DNA of 64,000 nucleotides from Octopus vulgaris (taxonomy: Eukaryota), in the NCBI GenBank assembly GCA_951406725.2, contig OX597819.1, positions 109,988,001 through 110,052,000 on the forward strand, given 5' to 3'. Each line of letters begins with the position of its first letter. The first letter of the stretch is position 1. The notes below the pieces were generated by a model. The model was not told the DNA's origin and made no database searches. It saw nothing but the letters and a program-made list of their open reading frames with translations. Below are positions 13,543 to 27,896 of this stretch, one piece after another. The translations under genes and the position numbers were made by a program.

Positions 13543-13713
13543 TTTTTTTTTTTTCTTCTTTCAAATTTGCTTCCATTTCTTGCCGAGTGTCTTCCCGACT
13601 CCTAGGGCAAAGAAACTCATAGTATACATTGGTAGGCCATTAAACCAAACTCAATAGTTCGTTCATTTAAAAAAATTTTTTTTAAAGTTAAATTAAAATA
13701 CAATAACAAAAAC

Positions 13714-13772
<59 letters not shown>

Positions 13773-13775
<3 letters not shown>

Positions 13776-14625
13776 TAGTTTTATTTTTATAGCGTGCTTT
13801 CACTTCACTACCGAGCGCAGCTCTGTGTGCCTTGGGTATGTGCTGTGATTTGTTGTGATGCTCTGATGGTTATTGTATGGAAAGTGTTCTGCGTAGGATG
13901 TGTGCAGTGCCTAGTAGTGCAATTTTCTGTATGTTATATGTGTTTGTAAGTCCTGGTGTTTTTGTTATGTATTTGTCTGAATATTTTTTTATCATGCCTA
14001 ATGCACCTTCTATGATAGGAATTGTTTCTGTTTTCAGGTTCCACATTCTAGTTATCTCTATTTCCAGGTCTTTGTATTTTGAGAGTTTCTCCATTTCTTT
14101 TAGAGACACGTTGTCATCTGCCGGTATTGATACATCAATTAGAAAGCATTTTTTTCTTCATGATCTCTGACAACTATATCTGGTCTGTTGGCCTTAATTT
14201 CTCTATCTGTGTGTATCGGCATATCCCAGAGTATGGTTGCTTTCTCGTTTTCTGTGACCTTTTCTGGTGTGTGCCTATACCATCTTTTTTCTGTTGTTAT
14301 TCCATAATGTTGGCATAGCTTCCAATGTATGTAGGTTCCAACTCTGTCATGTCTGTGAATATATTCCTTCTTAGCCAGGACTGGGCAGCTAGAGATAATA
14401 TGATTTATTGTTTCTTGTCCATCTCCACATATTCTGCAGTTACTTGTAATATTTCTTTTCATTACATGTTTTTGGTAATTTCTGGTGGGGAGGCTTTGGT
14501 CTTGTGCTGCAATTAAAAATCCCTCTGTTTCTGCTTTGAGTCCTGAGCTTCTCAACCATTGCTGGGATTTTTCTTTGTCTATTTCTTTTGCGTTTAGTTT
14601 AGTGCAGTATTTACCATGAAGGGGC
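13773..14625 (-). mobile_element. 5'-truncated R4/Dong LINE embedded in (TAA)n
   Basis: AAQDQSL, CCHC knuckle CRICG...ETINHIISSC, RHD, NRPDIVV and EKLSKY. One frameshift in a homopolymer run. TTA runs on both sides. Confidence 0.9.
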
Positions 14626-14949
14626 TTATTATAATTATTATTATTATTATTATTATTGTTGTTGTTGTTGTTGTTGTTGTTGTTTTCATTATCATCTTTC
14701 AATTCTGTTCCCATTTCTTGCCGAATGTCTTCCTGACACCTAAGGCAGAGAAACGCACTGTATACATTGGCAGGCCATTAAAATAAACACACCAGGCTGT
14801 TCATTTACAAAGTCATAGGATAGAGAAAAGGGGGAGGACAGAGAGAAAAAGGTAAAAATGAAACAATAAAAAAGTAAACAAATAAAATACAGGTGGGGGA
14901 AAAGGAAAGAAAATTCAAAGTGACAGTGCTCTTCTCAATATGTGTGACG

Positions 14950-15216
14950 TACCAGTTAAGACAATCTTTTGCACTTCCTGCATGGATGGTAAGCCAGGGA
15001 TCATACTTAAATAAGTTTTAGTTCCTTTTTTGATTATCCTACAATCATTGGTATTGTAACCGTCTTGAGACTCCAAATCTTTTCGATTTCGATTAGCAAC
15101 TCCTTATATTTTCCGAGCTTTTCAAATTCTTTTGTCGAGATATTATGCTCACAGGGCATGCTCATGTCAATCAATAAACAAACTTTATTGCTTTGGTCTT
15201 TCACAACAATATCTGG

Positions 15217-15270
<54 letters not shown>

Positions 15271-16382
15271 GTTATCATCATCATTATTATTATTATTATT
15301 TATGGTTTCCTTTCATTATAACTTTATTTCAGCTGCCTTAGTACCGGGCATCCTCCGGAGGCCAAGAGTAGCAAGGGCACTTTTGTTTTGCTGTATGCAT
15401 TCTAAAATCATCACTATATTTATTTCATTTTGGACGGACGGTGCTTTCCGTAGTATATGGGCTGTACCCATCAAGGATACCTTTTGTAGTTCACAGAGAT
15501 TGGAGTTACCAGGGAGTTGCTTAATATACTTCTCAGTCCCCTTCTTTATCATTCCCAATGCACCAATTACTACTGGTATTATCGTAGTACTAAGCTTCCA
15601 CATTTTTATGATTTCAATTTGCAGATATTTATAGTAAGAAAGCTTTTCGGATTCTTTTCTTGCGACATTTTGATCTTGTGGGACAAGTATATCTGTTAAC
15701 AGACAAGTTCCTCTGTTGTAGTTTTTGATCACAATCTCTGGTCGACTGGAGTCAATTTTTCTGTCTGTATATATTGGGAAGTTCCAAAGAATGGTAATGC
15801 CCTCGCCATTTACTACACCTCTGGATGGTGCGTGTAACACTTATCATGGAATTTAATTTTGCAGTATTTACAAGCATTCCAGTGGATGTACTGCCCAAGC
15901 CTGTCATATTTTATGAGGTACTCCCTTTCAGCGAGGACTGGGCAGCCAGAAACAACATGATCACTTGTCTCTGTGAATTTTCCACAAATTCTGCACAAGG
16001 GGTCAGATCCAACTTTAAGGACGTTTTCATGGTAGTTTCTGGTAGATAAGCTCTGATCTTGTGCTGCAATAACAAAACCTTCTGTTTCTCCTTTCGGACC
16101 TGTCCATTGTAGCCATTGGTGCGTTAGCTTTTGATCAATATCTGGCTTTGACAGGCGGTTAGGGTATTTTCCATGCAAGAGTTTACCTTTTCAGTTGTCT
16201 TCGATATTATTCATGCAAGCCTGCCTTGCTTTTTGTTTGATGTTTTTTGCATCAGTGATAGGTTTGTCACCATTTGGATATCTTTGGTCTTTTTGATATT
16301 TAATTTCTAAATCAGGAGAAGCAATGGTAGTAGGTCTGTCAGTAACTGGCTGGCTTTGGTAATTCTTATTAACTTGTAGGCC
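14950..16382 (-). mobile_element. R4/Dong LINE 3' fragments (two copies separated by a TTA tract)
   Basis: ORFs 15813-16178 (AAQDQSL, CRICG...HVVSGC) and 15316-15840 (SRPEIVI, GALG); further RLE remnant at 14950-15217. Confidence 0.85.
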
Positions 16383-16383
16383 A

Positions 16384-16476
<93 letters not shown>

Positions 16477-16554
16477 CTTCTTCTTCTTCTTCTTCTTCTT
16501 CTTCTTCTTCTTCTTCTTCTTCTTCTTCTTCTTCTTCTTCTTCTTCTTCTTCTT

Positions 16555-17950
16555 TAATCCAGCTTTTGTTGGAACTCCTGGAATCCCACATCTCTCCGCA
16601 GTTTGTGCTCATACCACGTTTTGCCTCTTTCTAGAACCCACTTTTTCCATAGTTTCCAATGTAACGCTTTCGCTACCTCATCGTGTTCCCACAGCTTATA
16701 ATGGTTTTGGGCAAATCTAGCGTATTCGTTCCCGATATGGGCAATGGTTTCCTCAACTCCGTTCAGCACAGTGCGGAAACTTGTTCATTCTTAAGGTTGA
16801 CCTTCAAATTTATGGCCAAAGCTTCGTCTTGTGCTGCCCGTGTGGTGCTCTTAGTCTCTTTTTTTCAGTGTTCTTTTCTTCAGCCAGTCCTATCTGTGTT
16901 CTTCAGCAACCTCAGTTGTAGCTGTTTGGAATTGATTACTCTTTTACTCTTTTACTTGTTTCAGTAATTTGACTGTGGCCATGCTGGAGCACCGCCTTTA
17001 GTCGAGCAAATCGACCTCAGGACTTATTCTTTGTAAGCCTAGTACTTATTCTATCGGTCTCTTTTGCCGAACCGCTAAGTTACGGGGACGTAAATACACC
17101 ATCATCGGATGGCAATCGATGTTGGGGTGGGGAGAGACACGCACGGACACAAAGATATACGCACACATACACATATATATACATATATACGACGGGTTTC
17201 TTTCTGTTTCCGTCTACCAAATCCACTCACAAGGCTTTGGTCAGCGCGAAGCTATAGTAGAAGACACTTGCCCAAGGTGCCACGCAGTGGGACTGAACTC
17301 GGAACCATGTGGTTCGTAAGCGTGCTACTTACCACACAGCCACGGCATAGTGCTTCTTCATGCGCTTTTTTGTATTTCTTGTTTTGGTTTTCACTTTTTT
17401 TCTGCTTCCAATACGCCCTCATCCTAAACTAGCATGGTTTCCTTACTTTGAATAGGTATCTCTGTAACCTCTCGAGTTCGATTTCCATGTAGTCTTCCAT
17501 ACTTATCAGTCCCCTTCCTCCATTTGTTCTCTTCATGTTTAGGCGATTAGTATCTGCACGTGGATGATGAGCTCCATGCATTGTTAAGAAATTTCTTGTC
17601 TTCCTGTCCAACTCCTTTAGCTGATCCTCCGTCTACTTCAGAATTCCAGCACCATACCGAATTGCTGCAACTTCGCTCGAGATTATTGCCGAAATTATGT
17701 TTCTGGCATTCAGTTCTGAATCCGATACTTTTCTTAATCGTCGCAGACACTCTTTCTTTGTCTTTACTTTCATCTCATTATGCTTAATTCCATCTACCTC
17801 AAGTATTCCCACGTATTTATATACAGATTCGGGTTCAATTGCCTTCATCATTTTACCACTTACCATACATATAGAATCTGTTCTGATAAGGTTTTCTCGT
17901 TTCATCACCATCATAGCACGTTTTGAAAGTCCTAACTCCATCTTGATATC
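16555..17950 (-). mobile_element. Older R4/Dong LINE remnant interrupted by a family-B SINE
   Basis: YKYVGILE, MDRKTRNFLTMHGAHHPRAD...GGRGL and HDEVAKALHWKL. Confidence 0.75.
16940..17343 (-). mobile_element. Family-B tRNA-derived SINE with internal microsatellite
   Basis: Minus-strand head GTGGCTGTGTGGTAAGTAG...GTTCAGTCCC; tail ...GACCGATAGAATAAGTACTAGG...GAAACAAGTAAAAG. Homologous to 21839-22495, 26655-27000, 63017-63407 and 63889-64000. Confidence 0.85.
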
Positions 17951-18730
17951 ATTTGAACCGGACATTGGGATCGGTGGATGCTCCAATTTAGTAATATATA
18001 GAGCATTAGTGGCGGAGAATTGCGACGAGGTTCTCGGGGAACTCTGGGCGTTGACGAGAACGAGCTGGCGAGTGTGTTCTGAAGAACTTTTGGGTCGGAG
18101 ACTACCTCTGGTAATTTCCAGATGTCTTTGACCTGGTAGTACTACCGAGGGGCGCTGCCGGTTCGAGATAAACTCTACAGCCACGGATGTGCTGTCAAGC
18201 GAGCTTGTCCGAGGTGTGCGCAGTACGACCAAATTGTTCTGCATGCACTCGTTCAGTGTCAAAGCATTGCTGACTTGTGTGGTTATGTCGAACAGCTGCT
18301 ATCACAAGAGGTACGGATCCGTATCTAGACCGAATCAATAGAGATAATTGCCCCGCCGCCCTCCTTTGATTGGGCAGATAAGGTAGTTCTCCTTTGATTG
18401 GTGGCTGTGACTAAAGAGGTTGTCTGGTGGACGAGGTTGAAGGCATGAGGACAGAGAGCCCTCTTCGTCTCTTTTAAGTTTTACTTGTTAAGATAAGCGA
18501 GGGTAGAGAGGGTGGTGCTGTCCTCGAGTGAATTTATTGAATATATATACATAATTTTTTAAACTTCATCTTCATCATTTTATTATACGTAAGCCTCCAC
18601 ACTTTATGTCTGTCTTTATATTGTTCCCCTCATCTTTCGGTCTGGTGGTAAATAAAAGAAATCACCATCATTATTGTCATCATTATTATTGTTATTATGA
18701 TGATTATTATTCTTTTGTTGTTTTGAAAAG

Positions 18731-18792
18731 GCGTGAAGAGCGAAAGATTCCCCTGATTGTAACGAGCTGTATTAAAGAAATAGAAGAAAGAG
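18731..18792 (+). CDS. BCR/ABR-like gene, exon d (RhoGAP)
   Basis: Acceptor ttttgaaaag| and donor |gtaaga. Encodes (K)REERKIPLIVTSCIKEIEER(G), compare ABR [22 protein letters not shown]. Phase 2 to 1. Confidence 0.9.
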
Positions 18793-19419
18793 GTAAGACA
18801 TCGTAGTTTTATTTACTCTTCGGTGTTAGTATTATCAACATTCCTCTCCATTCGTATGACTAGGCTACGTTATTTATAAACCTTCACGACACTACACAGA
18901 AGTTAACACAAACTTTAGGAACCTCAGTTGTTTTTTGAATCAGTCGATGGTTATGTCTTATTTTTCCCATACTTTTTAGTAACCAGATCCTTTTTCTGTA
19001 AGATTATCAGCTAGCTTAGAAAAGTTATAATACCATTGGATCGGTTCATTTATAGTGCTAAAGCCAGGATGGTACGATTACACACACCCATACACAAATA
19101 CACACACATATGCGCATGGCACTTCTCCACCAGATGCGAATTATGTAAATTCTGTCCTTAATCTCATTTCACAGTTATTGCGGTAGAGGTGATGGTAATA
19201 CTTTCACTAATGCAACAAGCATACCTAAAATTACAAATGCAAGTTGCGCATCTCTGAAGATTTGATAATGCGACTGGATTACATTCTTTACATTATGTAA
19301 TTGCTAATCATTTTTTTAATAGTGAAACGCATGTGAGATGATGAATCTAAATATTGTTTATGTACCCTCTCCTGTTTAGTTATTGATACATATATACATA
19401 CATACATGATGAAACTAAA

Positions 19420-19926
19420 TAATGTACGACGTTACTACCATATATACTGAGTGCAGACTACATCAATAACTAGCTAGAAGAAGCGTCCTCTTGGGGTTAA
19501 AAATGGTGGTAACGTCGGTTCGTACGGAACAGCCATGTCGAAGTGGCGACAAAGATTACTTCTCAGTATAGTTACAACTTTCATCTCTTATAGATATTTT
19601 TCTAAGTAGCTACTTTACTTGTTGCAAGATCAGTGACTAGTTGTCACTTGTCTTTCTATATATTGCGAGCTGAAACAAACTACTGCTATTCCTAGCAGAC
19701 AGGTGTCCACTACTGAGGATGGGCTAAAAATTGCCCGAAACCGGACGGTCTGGTGGTCCTGTCACGTCTCTAGAAGATGCTAGGAGCTCCGCTCCCCTGC
19801 TTGGAATGTATAACGGGTGCATATTGCATCGATAAACAGCCAGAGGAGGTGTCCTCTTGTGGTTAAAGATGATAGTAACGTCGGTTCATACGGAATAGCC
19901 ATGTTGAAGTGGCGACAAACATTACG
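19420..19926 (+). mobile_element. Partial-tandem pLTR-like element with hammerhead, ending in (TA)n
   Basis: Imperfect direct repeats of about 85 bp (19475-19560 and 19840-19926) flank an intact hammerhead motif. Confidence 0.7.
19698..19763 (+). ncRNA. Type-I hammerhead ribozyme, canonical core
   Basis: gacagg..ccacta CTGAGGA t gggc taaaaatt gccc GAAA ccg ga cgg TC tggtgg..cctgtc. GUC cleavage triplet ends at 19750; stem I is extended. Confidence 0.85.
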
Positions 19927-20688
<762 letters not shown>

Positions 20689-20690
20689 TG

Positions 20691-20757
<67 letters not shown>

Positions 20758-20763
20758 AGTAAA

Positions 20764-21093
20764 GTAAAGACCCCCCTTCGGTCATGAATGACCATGGGAT
20801 TGCACCTAGAAAGTTACCTTCCTAGATACAAGTCCGAGCAAGGTTGTTTATGGAAGGCCAGCAGTCGCCCATGCATACCGGCCTCCCCTCTCCACGCCAC
20901 CAGTGTTATCCAAGGGAAAGACAAAGGTCGATACAGCTTGGCACCAGTGACGTCGCAACTCATTTCTACAGCTGAGTGAATTGGAGCTACGTGAAATAAA
21001 GTGCCTTGCTCGAGAACACAGCACGCAGCCCGGTCCGGGATTCGAGCTCACAACCTCACGATCGTAAGCTCGACGCTCTAACCACTGAGCCAT
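20764..21093 (-). mobile_element. Family-C tRNA/CORE-type SINE
   Basis: Minus head ATGGCTCAGTGGTTAGAGCG...GCTCGAATCCC and a CORE-like segment. Near-identical copy at 45921-46253. Confidence 0.85.
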
Positions 21094-21838
21094 GTATATA
21101 TGTATATATATATATGTATAAGGATCCAGGTGTAGGAAGTTAGTAAGCTTCGAACAGTCGGAGGTAGATATTAAAAAATCAACTTTCAGGAACAATAATA
21201 ATTTATTGGCATGAAAGCTTAAAAGCTTTTGCCACATTGAAGTTCTACAAGCTGAAAAAGTTTTTTTTTTATAGTTCACCGTTAGCAAGTGAGGTTACTA
21301 TGAAAGCGAATAAAAATCCAAATTGAGGGAGTGGAGCAGGTAAAATCCAGGCTACATATGTTTCCGAGCTAGGAGATCCTCTGATGTAATAATTGCTCAA
21401 CAAGGGCTGCTCAGGTAGCTACACATCGAGCCGATGATACTTTAATCATATGAAGGCTGCATTGTCGTTAAGGAATCCCAAGTTAAGCTGCCGGAGTTAT
21501 AATCTGAAATGAGTGACGAAGCCGGAACACCAGTGCAAAACCAACAAAATAGGAAACAAATATGTGAAGAAATATAATGGTCGGGAAGAGAATTGAGGAA
21601 AGAGGTCAAAACTTTGGGAGTGGGAAATTGTCTAAAGTTGTTAAGAATAAAGAAAAAGAGAGAGAGGGACAGATGAGGGGGTGGGTAAATTTAGGTTAGA
21701 TGGATGCTAACTGTAGAGGAAGGTCGTTGTGAATATTAAGCTGGGGCCACTTTACTATGTCAACGGTAAATAGATAAATAGTCGCACCTATGCATATACA
21801 TTTATACAGAGTAAAAAGAAGCGAAGAGAATTTTTATA

Positions 21839-22242
21839 GGCGCAGGAGTCGCTGTGTGGTAAGTAGCTTGCTTACCAACCACATGGTTCTGGGTTCAGTC
21901 CCACAGCGCGGCACCTTGGGCAAGTATCTTCTACTATAGCCTCGGACTGACCAAAGCCTTGTGAGTGGATTTGGTAGACGGAAACTGAAAGAAGCCCGTC
22001 GTATATATGTATATGTATATATATATGTGGGGAGAGTTTACGAAAAAGACAAAAGACGAAGACAGGTGGTGTACAAAACAAACAGATGTATTAGTATAAC
22101 GCTCAGGAATAGAAAATGTCTTTTACGTTTCGAGCATACGCTCTTCTACAGAAAGGGACACAGAAAAAACAAGGAGAGAAACAAGGAGAGAAAAACATGT
22201 GTGCAGTAGCTAACGATCTATCATACACACACACATATATAT

Positions 22243-22301
<59 letters not shown>

Positions 22302-22495
22302 TGTCTGTGTTTGTTCCCCCAACATCGCTTGACAACCGATACTGGTGTGTTTACGCCCCCGTAACTTAGCAGTTCGGCAAAAGGGGCCGATAGAATAAGC
22401 ACTAGGCTTACAAAGAAGTCCTGAGGTCGATTTGATCGACGAAAGGCGGTGCTCCAGCATGGCTGCAGTCAAATGATTGAAACAAGTAAAACAGT
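21839..22495 (+). mobile_element. Family-B SINE with a hammerhead-bearing element inserted in its internal microsatellite
   Basis: Head 21839-22001, insert about 22030-22220, tail 22300-22495. Confidence 0.8.
22120..22155 (-). ncRNA. Minimal hammerhead variant (CUGUNGA core, ACGU palindromic stem III)
   Basis: Minus strand: cttt CTGTAGA a gagc gtat gctc GAAA cg TA aaag. Homologue at 62882-62917. Confidence 0.65.
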
Positions 22496-23070
22496 AAGTG
22501 AAATGGTCAAGAATGAGAGGAAGAGGAAAGAAAGCGATTAAATATTTAGGGGTGGGAGTAAGGTGGTTATGCTTGAAGTGAGGACGGGAAGAAAGAAAGA
22601 GAGAGAGAGAGAGAGAGAAGGAGGTTTAAGATTGCAGCCATTAGGGGTAAACTTCCATCTCCCTCTCTTTCTTCTCAATTCTATAATACATTTAATTATT
22701 CTTTACTGGTTGAATAAACCATCAAGCGAAACTTAAAAGTTGCGATCAAAACGAATTTTATAATATATTTTTCTAGACTTAGCATCAAGCCTCCCTTTGA
22801 TGTCCTGCTGTGATTTTAAAAATTACTTTACAATATGATTCAAGTGAATACATTTCAGAAGGGATATTGTTGAGATCTGTACAGTTGTTATGTAGATACT
22901 CCAAATATACATCTACAGATGCAGGAGCTTTCTTCTCCAAACTTCAAACGTAGCGATGGAGGAGGTGCTTTCTTACCGTTTCCTTTCATTGTAAAGATGT
23001 CTTCATGTAACATGTTAATACTGCCTGCATATGGCAGCTCTCACTTTTAATTTTTCTATTTTCCTCGAAG

Positions 23071-23148
23071 GTTTGGACTCGTCATTTATTTACGTAATGC
23101 GTGGAGATGACACAAGGGTGAATGATCTAGTTGCCGTCTTTGATATTT
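23071..23148 (+). CDS. BCR/ABR-like gene, exon e (RhoGAP arginine-finger region, Arg absent)
   Basis: Pyrimidine tract plus cgaag| and donor |gtaagt; 78 nt, phase 1-1. Encodes (G)LDSSFIYVMRGDDTRVNDLVAVFDI, compare [25 protein letters not shown]. Confidence 0.85.
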
Positions 23149-23299
23149 GTAAGTATTAGAATATCAAGTGAAGCGCCCTTCTTTGTTTTTAAATTAATCT
23201 GTTCTTCCAGTGTTGCTAATGCTGCTTCTGCTTTCGTTGCTGTTGTTGTTTTTACACACGGCAATGGTACAAAATGGTAGCATTGTAAAATTGTTGATT

Positions 23300-23871
23300 G
23301 GTTTGTTGCTATATTGAAACACTGCACGCAAATGCTCCGAGGCTTCTGTGTTGTAGGTACTGCCTTGTAAAGCCTCTTCTCCTTATCTCCTCAAAGACAT
23401 ACAGCATCTCGAAAGAGTCCAGAAGCTGGCTACCCGCATGGTTCATGGTCTCAAAAATTTGTCCTACGAAGAAAGGCTGAGGACGCTCGACCTTTATTCT
23501 CTTGAAAAACGCCGCCGCCGTGGTGATCTCATTCTCGCCCACAACATCATAAGCGGAAAGTGTAACCTCTCGAAAGAGCTGTTCTTCACTCCTGCTCCAG
23601 AGCGTCGGCTGCGGGGTCATTCCGAAAAGCTCTACCTGCGACGATTTCATCTCAATCGAAGGAGAGGAGCTTTCTCCGTCCGGGTTGCGGATCCGTGGAA
23701 CAAGCTGCCAGACGAGATGGTGAAGATGCCGACAACCGCTTTGTTCAAAGCCTCCCTTGACCTCAAGTGGCCTGAACTCTTTACATGATCACTACCCTGT
23801 ACTTAACTCCATGTCCCCCTACATGGTCTTGCTATTTGCTTTTGAGCCAAATTAACTAACTAACTAACTAA
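23300..23871 (+). mobile_element. CR1-type LINE 3' fragment
   Basis: Open ORF2 C-terminus (LERVQKLATRMVHGLKNLSYEERLRTLDLYSLEKRRRRGDLI...FSVRVADPWNKLP), short 3' UTR and (AACT)n tail. Confidence 0.9.
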
Positions 23872-24418
23872 CACCCTACCTTCCAAAGAGAGAAAAAAAA
23901 TAATTTCCCGTTCAAATGACCCATACCGTAAGAACTTAATTTAACGCTCTACGTTCTATTTTTTCTGTTGTGTAAACCCAAGACAGCTCTCGTTGATAAA
24001 AGGCGTTCCATCCATAAACACCATGTCTTTTTCTTTCAAGTGGTCTGCTTAAAAGGAGACGGAAACACTGTATAATGTATGTAGTGCATCAGTCTCCCTT
24101 TAAGGAGGTAGTATAATTTGAAAAAAGATTTAATTGCTGTCTTTAGCGGACGTGAAGAGATCCTCTTGTTTGTATATTACTATAATCAATTGAAATACGT
24201 TTATAAGTTTCTACAATAAAATTAGCTAATGCAACGATAAAGTAGCCAAAATTTACTTCAGAACTTCTCAAGAAATGATTATATCAAAGTTATCATTCTT
24301 TCTTATCATAGCAAACTAATATTTAACAGTTGATGAAACAGGTCACCCAGGTGTTCCCTGAATTTGAATGATATTAAGATGCCCAACTATTATATCGAAA
24401 GAACGAATATTGTAAGTT

Positions 24419-24822
24419 ATTCTCTTCTACTCTAGACACAAGGCCCAAAGTTTTGGGGGAACGGGACCAATCGATTAGATCGACCCCAGTACGCAGCTAG
24501 TATTAAATTTATCTACTCCAAAAGGATGAAAGGCAAAGTCGACCTCGGCGGAATTTGAACTCAGAACGTAAAGACAGATATAATACCTATTTTTGTCCTA
24601 CCCACAAGGGGCTAAACACAGAGAGGACAAACAAGGACAGACAAACGGATTAAGTCGATTATATCGACCCCAGTGCGTAACTTGTACTTATTTAATGGAC
24701 CCCGAAAGGATGAAAGGCAAAGTCGACCTCGGCGGAATTTTAAACTCAGAACGTAACGGCAGACGAAATAGGGCTACGCATTTCGCCCGGCGTGCTAACG
24801 TTTCTGCCAGCTCACCGCCTTA
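24419..24822 (-). mobile_element. Nested family-A SINE pair
   Basis: Same architecture as 7070-7472, on the minus strand. Confidence 0.85.
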
Positions 24823-25065
24823 AGAGTTTAACTTATTGCCACAGCCATGTTTGTGTGGTAAGAAGTTTATTTCCCAACCATATGGTTTCAGTGTCAATTC
24901 CACTACGTGACACACTGGGCGAGTGTCTTCCACTGTAACCCACGGGCTTGTTTGAGTCGATAAAGTAGCTGGAAACTAAAAGGAGCCCATCGTAAACATA
25001 CATACATACATACATACATGTGTGTGCGCGCGTGCATGCGTGTGCATGCGTGCGTGTGTGTGTGT

Positions 25066-25113
<48 letters not shown>

Positions 25114-25123
25114 AATAAAGAAA

Positions 25124-25168
<45 letters not shown>

Positions 25169-26215
25169 CGTGTATGTGTGTGTGCTCGTATCTGTCCCTC
25201 TCACCGCTTGACAACTGGTGCTATGTTTACGTCTTGGTAACTTAGAACCTCAGCAAAAGAAACCGAAAGCAAAAGTACCATTTTATATAAACAAAAGTCC
25301 TGAGGTCGATTCGTTTGACTGAAGCAAGTAAAAGATAGGTATTGCTAAGGTTTGAACACAATGTTTGTATTCTCCAAATTAGGCATGACTGTGTGGTTAA
25401 GAAATTAATTTCAGAACTACGTGTCTTCGGGTTCGAATCGCATTGCGCCGTATCATCAGCTACTGTCTTCTAGAATATGCTTTGGGTCGATGAAGGCCTT
25501 GTAAATGAAATTTGTTAGGCTGTGTGGAAGTCTGTCGGCAGGATTGTTATTATTTTTGGAATGGTGCGATTCAACAACACCTCTAACTCTTGGATTTCTG
25601 TAGTGGATTCCACGTGTCGAAATCCATCGAGGTAGGTCTCCAGCCTGAAAATCACTTGTTCCTTTTCTCTCGCCAGTTACAGAAGTACTGAAAATGAGCA
25701 TTGTCGCTGTATTTTAATCTTTGGTCAAATAATAAAAAAAAACGGGCTTCTTTCAGTTTCCGTCCACCAAATCCACTCACAAGGCTTTGGTCGGCTCGAG
25801 GCTATAGTAGAAGACACTTGCACAAGGTACACAAGGTACCATGCTGTGGGACTGAACCCAGACCTATGTGGTTGAGAAGCAATATTCTTACCACACAGCC
25901 ACTCCTGCGCATATACAATTTGATGGGAATAAAATTGATGGGAAAGGTGAGTTGTATTGATTCCACTATTTGGTTGATACTTATATCTATTCCTCACTCG
26001 GATTTGAAACCAAAACATAGATTTGCTAGGGATCGAACCTTGGGAGTAAACTCATGCGTTTTGTCGAAACGGTATATTTACCGAAGCCCCTGATTTCTGA
26101 TCAGTTTATCATCGTCAGGCTATGTTGATAAGTTATCTAAGAGTTTATAATTAATATATCCTAATCACAATAATGTGTCTGTTTCTTCATTAATGTCTTT
26201 CTGTTTCATCCTCAG

Positions 26216-26350
26216 GTAGCTTTACAGCATCTTATTACATCAAACAGGCAAGATACACACCTTACGACATAGCAGAAGTACTGACGCGTTACCTGAGGTC
26301 TCTACCGCATTCTATTCTACTGTGTCCAAATAATTACCTGCCTGTGTTCA
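26216..26350 (+). CDS. BCR/ABR-like gene, exon f (RhoGAP)
   Basis: Acceptor ttcatcctcag| and donor |gtaagt; 135 nt, phase 1-1. Encodes SFTASYYIKQARYTPYDIAEVLTRYLRSLPHSILLCPNNYLPVF, compare the RhoGAP motif AIAGTLKLYFRELPEPLL. Confidence 0.85.
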
Positions 26351-26361
26351 GTAAGTTTATC

Positions 26362-26415
<54 letters not shown>

Positions 26416-26654
26416 TTTTACTATTGGTACACGGCCTGAAATTCTGGGGTATTTAATTTATCGACCCCCGAAGTGATGAAAGGCAAAGTCGACCTCAGTG
26501 GAATTTGAACTCACAACTTGGCGACGGGCGAAATACTGCTAAGCGCGCTAATGATTCTGCCAGATCGCCGCCTTACCAACAATAATAGTAACGACAATGA
26601 TGATGACCATAATAATAACGATAATAATAATAATAATAATAATATGACCAGATG

Positions 26655-27129
<475 letters not shown>

Positions 27130-27281
27130 CACCATCATCCTGATTATTTAATGTCCGTGTTCAATGGTGGCATGGGATGGATAGCTTGTCCAGGGACTGC
27201 ATCGCTCTCCAGTGTCAGCTACATGTGTGTGTGTGTGTGTGTGGAGGGGCGCGTGGGTATATATATATCATATTCGTATGC

Positions 27282-27372
<91 letters not shown>

Positions 27373-27438
27373 ATCTAAAGATAGATTGAGAGACATAGAC
27401 ATCTACATACATACATATATATAATTCCTGTTTTTCAG

Positions 27439-27544
27439 CTTTAGAGGATACTACTGTGAAGGTGCGGATGGTTGCCTTTCTCTTGACGAATATCCCGGAA
27501 CCTGGTCGCTCAGTGTTTTCTTATTTATTGGATCACATGGCAAA
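27439..27544 (+). CDS. BCR/ABR-like gene, exon g (RhoGAP)
   Basis: Acceptor tgtttttcag| and donor |gtaaga; phase 1 to 2. Encodes LEDTTVKVRMVAFLLTNIPEPGRSVFSYLLDHMA(K), compare [22 protein letters not shown]. Confidence 0.85.
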
Positions 27545-27667
27545 GTAAGAATAACCATAGGATTATTTTCATTGCGGTACTTTGCAATAACATCACACAC
27601 TGCCAAGTGTAGTTAATATGCTCTATACAGAACGATATATACGCGCGCGTATATGTATGTATATATA

Positions 27668-27896
27668 CAGTAATTCCTTGCCATATCGCGGTTCACCTAT
27701 CGCGGTTCACCTATCGCGGTTTATTGCTTAAGCTTAGGGCGATTCCTCTGTGGTGTTGTTTTGAATTTATGATAAAATAAATATACACAAATTATAAAAA
27801 TAATTAAAAGAATATATAGTACGGTACTGTTCCTACTTTGCGGATTCTCGCATATGCGGGGGTTTTGGAACGCACCACCCGCGATAGTCGAAGGAT

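Noticed and set aside
17633-18262. 209-aa minus-strand ORF as a host gene
   Set aside because: The C-terminal half is an R4 RT remnant fused by chance to unrelated sequence.
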